This document shows positions 55,446 through 64,000 of a DNA stretch of 64,000 nucleotides, one piece after another (within the stretch, counting starts at the first letter, position 1; each line of letters starts with the position of its first letter). The notes beneath the pieces were generated by a model that had not been told where the DNA came from, ran no database searches, and saw only the letters and a list, made by a program, of their open reading frames with translations. The DNA is from the human T2T-CHM13v2.0 reference genome, Homo sapiens: assembly GCF_009914755.1 (NCBI RefSeq), contig NC_060933.1, one strand, 5' to 3'. The translations under genes and the position numbers were made by a program.

Positions 55446-56427
55446 ATTGATTATCTATTTATCTATCCCTATTTACCACTTTACATCTGTTTAGTAAGCT
55501 TTAAACAAAAAGACTATTGAATCAGGAATCTAGAGTACTTTTTTTCCACTCTCAGCTCTAATGATAACTTGCTGAATGACAATACGGAAATCATTTACCA
55601 GCTCTTTCCCTTAGTTTTCTCAAAAAACTAGCAAAAGAAAGAATTAGACTCAAGGACCCTAAAACTCTCTTTCAGCTCTAATCTATCATGGGCCTATGCT
55701 TTATGTAAACAGTTAAATTTTCCACATATCAACTGCAAGAGAAGCAGTAGTATTTCCCTATGTCCTACAGATTTAAAAATGATCCAATGTGGTGTCTTGG
55801 CAGTTAGGTCCCTGGATTTATCTGACACTCTAACTGTGCCTCTTTCGTCCTTCCCATCGACCTACAGAAATCATTTTACTTCCTTTTCTTAGGGCCAACT
55901 CCAACTGCATTTCTATCTACTGTAAAGGAATTTCTATCCTATCTCTCATTCCAAAGTACCTACATACAATGCTCATAGACTTATTTTTTCTTTTGTAGTC
56001 ATGTCCTTGAAACATAATTTTTACTATACATTTCCATATGTAATTAAAATTCTCTTTCTGCCCTCTTTTGTTACTGAAGGAGAAATTAATAACAATTTTC
56101 TTCTTCAACATTGAACTAGTCAGTAAAGAACACTTTCTCCAAAATTAGTGCCAACCCTTTCAGCCAATACAGTTAGTGGGTATAGTAAATAGGAAACACC
56201 TGGCTACTCCATTGACTTATATCTCAAGTGGATAATTCCTTTGCCCAGGAAATTTCAGAGAGGTGACTCCCATCCCAGTGTATCTTGTGTCTTATACTGC
56301 AAAGACTCCCACTAGGGAGCAAATGTTTATAAAACAATACCATTTTTGGTACATAAAAAAATACCATTACTTATTATTGTGTTTTATCTTTCTGTACTCT
56401 AAATTAAAAACATTTCTGTCAAGAGGA

Positions 56428-57050
56428 GTATGTTTGTTTTCTATGTTGTATTAAAAAAAAAGCCACAATCTCAGTGGCTTACAACTTCAGTTTCTGTAGT
56501 TCAGAAGTCCAGGTGCAGCTTACCTCAGTTCTCTGCTCCAGGGTCTTGCCATATTGCAAGCTAGGTGTTTTCTAGGGTTGCCGTTTCATCAGGGCTTAAC
56601 TGTGAAGAGATCTGTTTCCAACCTCACTTTAGTTGTTGGAGAATTTACCTCCTTGTGGTTGTAGGACAGAGGGTCCTTTTTTAAGATTTTTTTTTTTTTT
56701 CCTGGCTGTTGGCCAGACTGCTCTAAGCTCCTAGAGGCCATCTGCAGTTCCTTGTCACATGGCTCTTCCACAGACCCGCCCACAACATGACAGGTTACTT
56801 CTCCAAACTCAGTAATAGAGAGAGTCGCTTACTTCAGTGGAAGCCTGGCTCCACTTTGGAGAACTTTCAGCTGATTAGTTCACGCCTACCTAAGGTAATC
56901 TCCCTTTTGATTAATTCAAAATCAAGTGATTTAGAGCCTTAACTATAACTGCAAAATCCTTTAACCTTTGTCATATTCTATTCTATTGCCAGTCAAGCAG
57001 AGGAAAGTAGATAAAGACGTGAACACCAGGAAGTGGAAATTAGGGTTCAC
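56428..57050 (-). mobile_element. MLT1F/G-like MaLR LTR
   Basis: CAGTGGCTTACAAC...CAGTTTCTGTAGTTCAGAAGTCCAGG...TAATCTCCCTTTTGATTAATTCAAAATCAA...CTGCAAAATCCTT. Confidence 0.7.
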
Positions 57051-57466
57051 TAAGGAACACAGGGCTTATTTGGCATGAGAACTATTTTCATTTCATTTGT
57101 ATGTCAGAATAGTGCCCTTTATTGGTCCATTAACAGAAGTTCTGTTGTCTCATAGAGGAAAATAACTGTAATTGTCTTAACTTGTAAAAGATTAGAGCTT
57201 GTGTGTGAAACTTAATAGAGCAAAGTGATCTTTGCTTTCTCTCCCAACGCATAAGGCTTTAGAAATAACTGAAGTACATAATTGAATTAACTGATGTCCA
57301 TTTTAAATAGCATAGCTCTTTTTGTCTATATTCTGAAAGTTTCATTCTGCATAAAATTTTCTTTCAAGGTGTTTTTTATAAGTGTTTCATGTAATTCCCA
57401 CTGGTAGTTTGAGTAGTTCTCCATGACTTACAGGTTTAAATGTGCATGTGTATCCTTATATACATA

Positions 57467-57491
57467 TGTGTGAGTGTGTGTGTGTGTGTGT
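57467..57491. repeat. (TG)n microsatellite
   Basis: Directly visible in the sequence. Confidence 0.85.
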
Positions 57492-58982
57492 AACCAGTGC
57501 ATGTGTGTAATTTTCTGGGTGAATGATGAGATACCTTCCTAAGTGTTCTGGGAAAAGAGTTAAGCACTTTGTGTATTAGCACATCAGAGCTATACAATAA
57601 TCATTGCAGCTAAGTAATGCTATAACTAATTTTTAAGACAGAAGAACTCAAGCTTAGACGAGTTATGTAACTTGCTTATGATCATACTGAACCAAGATGT
57701 GTGTAGAATCTGGATTCAAGTTCAGAACTACCTGATGCTAGCTAGCACTTTCAATTCTTTATGAATAGACTATAGTAACTCAGAAGCATATATCATTCTC
57801 TCCATTTTATGAAGAAGGAGATCCATCTACTTGTCCAAGGTTAAAATGTCTTTCCCACCTGTTTGTGGAGTACTTTGAGGCAAGGACTCTGTCTTGGCAC
57901 CTTTATATTCTTGTCCTAGCACATAATAGTCAATGTATAGCCTGAAGTTGACCTAGGTTAAGACTTCAATCCAGCTCTCCTGCTTTCAAGATCTTTCTAC
58001 TTTCCCCTCCCAATCAATATCTTTCCAAACCTAGCCCTTAATGTAATAAAATGTTCTCTTGAATAACCTGTAATTTGTCCAGTGGATCAGGATTCAAATC
58101 TTTTTAATATACTTGCTCTGCAAGTATGTTAAAGGGATTAATGGGTTTCATGGAGAGAGTTTTCTGGGTGAATAAACTATTTTGTGAGCAATTTAGGAAG
58201 CACATTAGTTCCTTGGGCCTGTGTGAATAGTACTTCAGCTGAGCAAATGGTGCCCCTGTGGCCTCCAATTTAATTAACTTCCCAAATATGGCTGACTCAT
58301 CTCTCTGGCAAGATCATTGATAAAATGATTTGAACCATGATGAAGGAGAATTGATAAAATGCAAACTGATCAAAATGTAAGAAAACATTCTGAACTAAAG
58401 GAAGTGACCTTCCATGAAGTTCAAGTTCTCTAAGAAAATTCAGTGATTAATCTAAGATTGCTTCACACATGATTAAGAACAAGGCACAGAACTGTCACCT
58501 AGGGCATATGATATGATTACCTTGAAAAAGAGATAAAGAATGACCATTTTAGTTACTAAGATTTTAAAAAATTATTATTTTTATTATTTTCTGTTAGCTG
58601 GAATAGCTATTCATACTCAAGCAGAGAATTAAGGTATTCAATTTACTAATAATCAGAAGCAATATCCTAACGTCAGATTTACAAAGATAAACATTTTTCT
58701 ATTAATTTCATATTCTAGTAGCCAGAACCAGCTAGATTTCTTTTTTTAATTTTCAACAAATTAAAAACATCCTTTTACTGGTAAAGGTCCTGAAAGCAGT
58801 GGATACTCATCTTGATAGAATTATGGCATATATCCCAACTGCTGCTCACACCTTCCCCCAGAAACTTGAACGCTGGCATTCTCTCCAATTTGCACTAAAA
58901 TTAAAATTACTTAGAGCTACCTTGCACATCTCAACTGAAATTTATTTTTATTTTCATTGTCAAATCTTACCTAAATTCACCA

Positions 58983-58987
<5 letters not shown>

Positions 58988-59018
<31 letters not shown>
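58988..59018. repeat. (TA)15 microsatellite
   Basis: Uninterrupted TA run. Confidence 0.9.
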
Positions 59019-59022
<4 letters not shown>

Positions 59023-59162
59023 GAAGCCCTGAAGCATATAAGCTTCCTTCAAATTCTTATTTAGCTACAAATGTGACTAATTTTACCCCTTCCTATTTTT
59101 ATTGGTTACTTAAATAGAATAGTGCAGTATCATTGCTAGTGAATCAACATTCTGTGAGAATG

Positions 59163-59175
59163 AGCTGAGTCAGCA
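59163..59175. promoter_or_regulatory. Near-consensus MARE/ARE (AP-1 core) motif
   Basis: AGCTGAGTCAGCA is a 12/13 match to the T-MARE TGCTGAGTCAGCA; motif evidence only. Confidence 0.3.
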
Positions 59176-60147
59176 TAATCATGTGCTACGCTACTTTATT
59201 GATGAGTAACCCGAGGTAAAGAGAAGCAGTGACTTTCCCAGTGTCAAACACATCAGCCAAAGGACACCTTGAAAACCCTGAGTCCGTGAATTGCCATCCA
59301 GTTGCTTAATGTGCTGAATCAAACTGTTTCTCTTTAAAATCTGAAATTAGTTTTCCTCATATATCTATATGTAACAGTAGCTGAGTTAGAACCTGCTGTG
59401 TTCTCATGGGATAGATTTTTAACATGATGATGATGACGTCGCCAGACATACTGGTGAAATCTTCTCAGAAGAAACACTTCATATGAAGTATAAAAACTTA
59501 CACTCTACACTGTTTTTCTAACTTTTAGAAGGCATGAGTTTCCACATTAGGGGCTACCAAATGGTGTGAGAGAAGGAAGAGGAAGGAAAAAAAGGAGATG
59601 TGAGTAAGGGATGAGAGGTTACTATCCTGTCCTTATACCTTTTTAATGAGAGATGCTCTTAAAGCAGGTAAGGGAGTTTCCCATGGGAACTCTTTTGATA
59701 AAGAGCTCCTATGCCAAGAAAATGTTTGCAAACTACAAATGCATACTGAGCTACAATATCTTTTACCTTTTATGCTAATGTCTTGAAACTTGTATATCGT
59801 TTTTATAGATCTAGAGACTATGGGGATCAAAGGAGAATTCAGTCTGCAGATTATAATAAAAAAGATTTTGTAACAGAGGGTTTCTTATGAAAACACACAA
59901 AGCTGCTTTTAAATGTGTACTAACAGATACATTGATGACCTACACAAATTTTAAATTTGAGCAGCCAATGAAAAAGAATCCCCTAAATCTCTCTACACAT
60001 TAGTATCCACCCAAGTGTGTTTCAAGAAATCAATGTTATTTAATATTTTATTTTATTTTTTGAAATCATTGTGATTAAAAGAAAACCGTAGTTATCACCC
60101 TAAATTAAAGTCATCATGCTAAAATCTGAGCCTTAGAAGATTGTAGT

Positions 60148-60295
60148 CATCCATTCAATCAATTCATCAATATCAAAGGAATACTTACTGAGCACTTAGT
60201 GTGGAATAAGGTGCCATTCTATACTCTAGGGAATGGACATGAACAAATTTAGAACTCCTAACTTCATAGACTTTAGATTGTCTGGAGACAGCAGG
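60148..60295 (-). mobile_element. L2 3' end fragment
   Basis: CATCCATTCAATCAATTCA...ATACTTACTGAGCACTTAG...TGCCATTCTATACTCTAGGGAAT. Confidence 0.6.
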
Positions 60296-61959
60296 CAGAA
60301 AATTGGGAAGTGGGTAAGGCAGACACTAAACAAGCTGTCTTTATAATAACTAGGATGGTCAATAGTAGCTTCATAATCAAGGAGCATATATCAAGCAACC
60401 TTCAACAACCTTATAACAACACAAGCCTTATGAAGATGCACATCATTAGCAATAAAGGGTAGCACCTCAAAGTTGATGAGACTTGTCACGCTGGAAAGCT
60501 CTTCATCCACAGTAACCTGACCTTTACTTGCAATTACATTCTCTATACTTTTTATTCCCTCTGCCTAAGCCACTAGTTTAATTCCTTATACGCAGTATAT
60601 GGTCAATGAACTTTTGTTAAATACATGAATAAATTAATTAATGTAAAAATGTGACAAAGCTTATGTCCAGTCTTTCCTAATAAGCTAATAATTTTCCCAC
60701 GGTTAATTAATTAGAATAATATGTTGTCTTTTTCGTATATGCTATCAGGAAGCTTACACTGGCATTTTGATTCAACAGCTGCAATTTGCCTAATAAGACT
60801 TACAGGCTTTTTATTTTTCTCACTCCACTTACTTCTTGACATTTTTTCTTCAATCTTATATTATCCGATTTTGGCCTCAGTCTTTCTTCATGTTTTAAGT
60901 AAGTGGAATTAAATAATTGTTGAAAGGAGACAAGTTCAAATCAACAATATTATTTAGGAATCACAGAAAGTAGAAAACAAAAACTGGTACATAGTGTTTT
61001 ATCCCCAAGCATGTCTTTCTTTTTCTTTGTCAGAAAATAAGTTATAAGTTTTAGGTTTGCCACCAAGGGAGGGAGAAAACATATAAATTATATACTTATA
61101 CAAAAGCTTTATTTTCCTAATTATAAGAACAAAAGAAAACAGCATTATAGTGGAAACATAAGAAAAAGAAAGGAAATTAATATCTACTATTGGTAATACT
61201 TTTGGTGTATTTCTTTCTGTTATATGGAAGAAGGAAGAGATACATGTATTGAAACGTATATTGTTAATAACAGTTTGTAACTAGATAACTTTTCACCGAA
61301 GTCTGTAAAACTTTGTAAAACATTGCTCTTAGTGGTTGCACCTCATCCTAGTTTACTGAATACTCTCCCTATTATTGTCTATTTATGTTGTTTTGATCAT
61401 CAAAACATGATTAAGCCTATGTACAATGATATGCCTGAATTTTGCCTGAATCTTGTTTTATTTCCTTTGGACTTCTTTTGGAATTACACGGTCAAAGTAT
61501 ATGGGGTTTTATGAAGACAATTTCCAGATGAAATATCTTTTCACATATCTCTTACTGTCTTATCACTCTCCTATCCTCAGAATGGATTTCCATTTATCAA
61601 GGTCTAACATCTACTGCCATGAGACATTCTTGAAATAATGAAGAGAAACATGGTGATACCCTTATTGTTTTTTGGAATACTATGCTTTAGGAAGTTCCTA
61701 GATTGTGCCAGCATTTGTTCTTACAACAACAGCATATTGATAAATCATATTTAGCTTAAGATCAATATTTCCCAACAAATGCAGAGTCCTTTTTCGTATG
61801 CATTGCCCTGTGTTTTATTGAGTACCTTCTTTCATTAGGGAGCTGGAGAATTTAAGAGTCATTCAGGAATGAATGCTTTTAAAATTTTCAGTTTTGTATG
61901 GTAGCAGCAGTTTTGTGCTTATTTCACACCCTACTTCAGAATGTCCTAGGTTGTTGTCA

Positions 61960-62070
61960 ACTCATTCAATCACTTATTCTTCTTTTGGTCATTTAACAAA
62001 TACTTATTTAACACCTAACACGTACCAGTATCTTTTCTATGTACTGGACTACAGTTGCGAAAAATAAATA
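61960..62070 (-). mobile_element. L2 3' end fragment
   Basis: CTCATTCAATCACTTATTC...CATTTAACAAATACTTATTTAACACCTAAC. Confidence 0.6.
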
Positions 62071-62307
62071 AACAAACAATTATGTGAAAGAGTTTGAAAG
62101 TTTTGTATAAAACTTACTCAAATAGCAATTGTAAAATAATTATAGAAAATAACAATGCACTTTGGAGAATATTAAAAAAAAAAGAATAGAATAATAGGAA
62201 CAATAATAAAATTAGTGTGATTAAATATTACATCTCCTTGTCAATAACAAAGCCAGAAACAGGTCTAATTTGAAACAAAAAGATTATGAAGAGTCTATAA
62301 AGACTAG

Positions 62308-62385
62308 CGTATTAGTCCATTCTCATGTTATTAATAAAGACATACCCGAGACCGGGTAATTTGTAAAGGAAAAGAGGTTTAATGG
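62308..62385 (-). mobile_element. 78-bp 3' terminus of a THE1C/D-like LTR
   Basis: CGTATTAGTCCATTCTCATG...AATAAAGACATACCCGAGACCGGGTAATTTGTAAAGGAAAAGAGGTTTAATGG. Confidence 0.8.
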
Positions 62386-62761
62386 TGTATTTGTCCATTT
62401 CACGCTGCTGATAAAGACATACCTGAGACTGGGCAATTTACAAAAGAAAGATGTTTAATGGACTTATAGTTTTTCGTGGCTGGGGAGGCCTCATAAGCAT
62501 GGTGGAAGGCAAGGAGAAACAAGTAACCTCTTAACTTGGATGGCAGCAGGCAGAGAAAGAGCTTGTGCAGGGAAACTCCTGTTTTTAAAACCATCAGGTC
62601 TCATGAGGCACATTCACTATCACGAAAATAGCACAAGAAAGACCCACCCCCATAATTCAGTCACCTCCCATTGGGTTTCTCCCATGACTCAAAACACATG
62701 GGAATTGTGAAAGTTACAATTCAAGATGAGATTTGAGTGGGTACACAGCCAAACCATATCA
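62386..62761 (-). mobile_element. THE1B/C-like 3' LTR
   Basis: TGTATTTGTCCATTTCACGCTGCTGATAAAGAC...GATGGCAGCAGGCAGAG...ACACAGCCAAACCATATCA. Confidence 0.9.
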
Positions 62762-64000
62762 TTCCACCCCGGCCCCTCCCAAATATCATGTCCTCACATT
62801 TCAAAATCAATTGTGGCTTCGCAACAGTCTCCCAAAGTCTTAATTCATTTTAGCATTAACTCAAAAGTCCACAGTCCAACATCTTATCTGAGACAAGGCT
62901 AGTCCCTTCCGCCTATGAGCATGTAAAATCAAAAGCAAGTTAGTTACTTCCTAGACACAATGGCGGTACAGGCATTGGGTATATACAGCCATTCCAAATG
63001 GTAGAAATTGGCCAAAACAAAGGGGCAAAAAGCTCCATGCAAGTCGAAAATACAGCAAGGCAGTCAAATCTTAAAACTCCAAAATGATCTCCTTTGACTC
63101 CATGCCTTGCATCTTGGTCACACTGATGCAGGAGTTGGGTTCCCATGGTCTTGAGCAGCTCTGGCCCTGTGGCTTTGCTGGTTACTGCCTCCCTCCTGGC
63201 TACTTTCATGGGATGCTGTTGGGTGTCTGCAGCTTTTCCAGGCACATGGTGCAAGCTACGGTGGATCTACCATTCTGGGGTCTGGAGGATGGTGGCCCTT
63301 TTCTCGCAGCTCCACTAGGCAGTGCCCAGTATGGATTTTGTGTGGGGGCTCTGACTTCACATTTCCCTTCCTAACTGCCCTAGTAGAGGTTCTCCATGAG
63401 GGCTCCACCCCTGCAGCAAACTTCCTCCTGAGAATCCAGGTGTTTCCATACATCCTCTGAAATCTAGGTGGAGCTTCCCACACTTCCATTCTTGACTTCT
63501 GTGCACCCGCAGGCTCAGCATCATATGGAAGCTGCCAAGGTTTGGGGCTTGTATCGTCTGAAGCAACGTCCTGAGCTGTACCCAAAGCTGGAGTGGCTGG
63601 GACACAGGGCACCAAGTCCCTAGGCTGCACACAACAGCAGGGCCCTGGACCCAGTCCATGAAACTACTTTTTCCTTCTAGGCCTCCTGGCTTGTAACGGA
63701 AGGGGCTGCCATGGAGACATTTTCCTCATTTTCTTGGTGATTAACATTTGACTCCTTGTTACTTATGCAAATTTCCGCAGCCCGCTTGAATTTCTCCTCA
63801 GAAAATGGTTTTTCTTTTTTATTGCATCGTTCAGGTTGCACATTTTCTGAACTTTTATGCTCTGCTCCCCTTTTAAACATAAGTTTCAATTCCAAACCAT
63901 ATCTTTGTGAATGAATAAAACTGAATGCTTTTAAGAGCATGTAGGTCACCTCTTGAATGCTTTGCTGCTGAGAAATTTCTTCCACCAGATATCCTAAATA
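62762..64000 (-). mobile_element. THE1-int, running off the window end
   Basis: Homologous to 7755-9000; ORFs 62940-63985 are THE1-int remnants. Confidence 0.9.

Overview
AT-rich primate genomic DNA, most likely human or great ape given AluY and L1PA2/3-like elements. It looks intergenic or deep-intronic and is dominated by interspersed repeats: Alu, L1 of many ages, L2/MIR, ERV1 LTRs (MER67-, LTR8-, MER39-, MER4-like), a ~6.1 kb MER57-type provirus, two THE1 MaLR elements, an ERVL pol remnant, and MER45A and Tigger3a DNA transposons. I cannot support any host protein-coding gene, tRNA, rRNA or CRISPR array. The ORF-track entries I can recognise are L1 ORF2, THE1-int, ERVL or Alu remnants; the rest look like chance ORFs. 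I did not find a new multi-gene system. The most interesting signals are DNA-level scars: two templated or fold-back insertions at TA-rich tracts (19174-19517 and 43599-44588), a young twin-primed L1 with an exact 15-bp TSD, and several nested insertions cut by deletions. There are also weak candidate non-coding exons, a palindromic bidirectional poly(A) signal near 13.1-13.7 kb, and a 43-bp minisatellite. Repeat subfamily names come from recalled consensus motifs, not from a RepeatMasker run, and boundaries of old elements are approximate.
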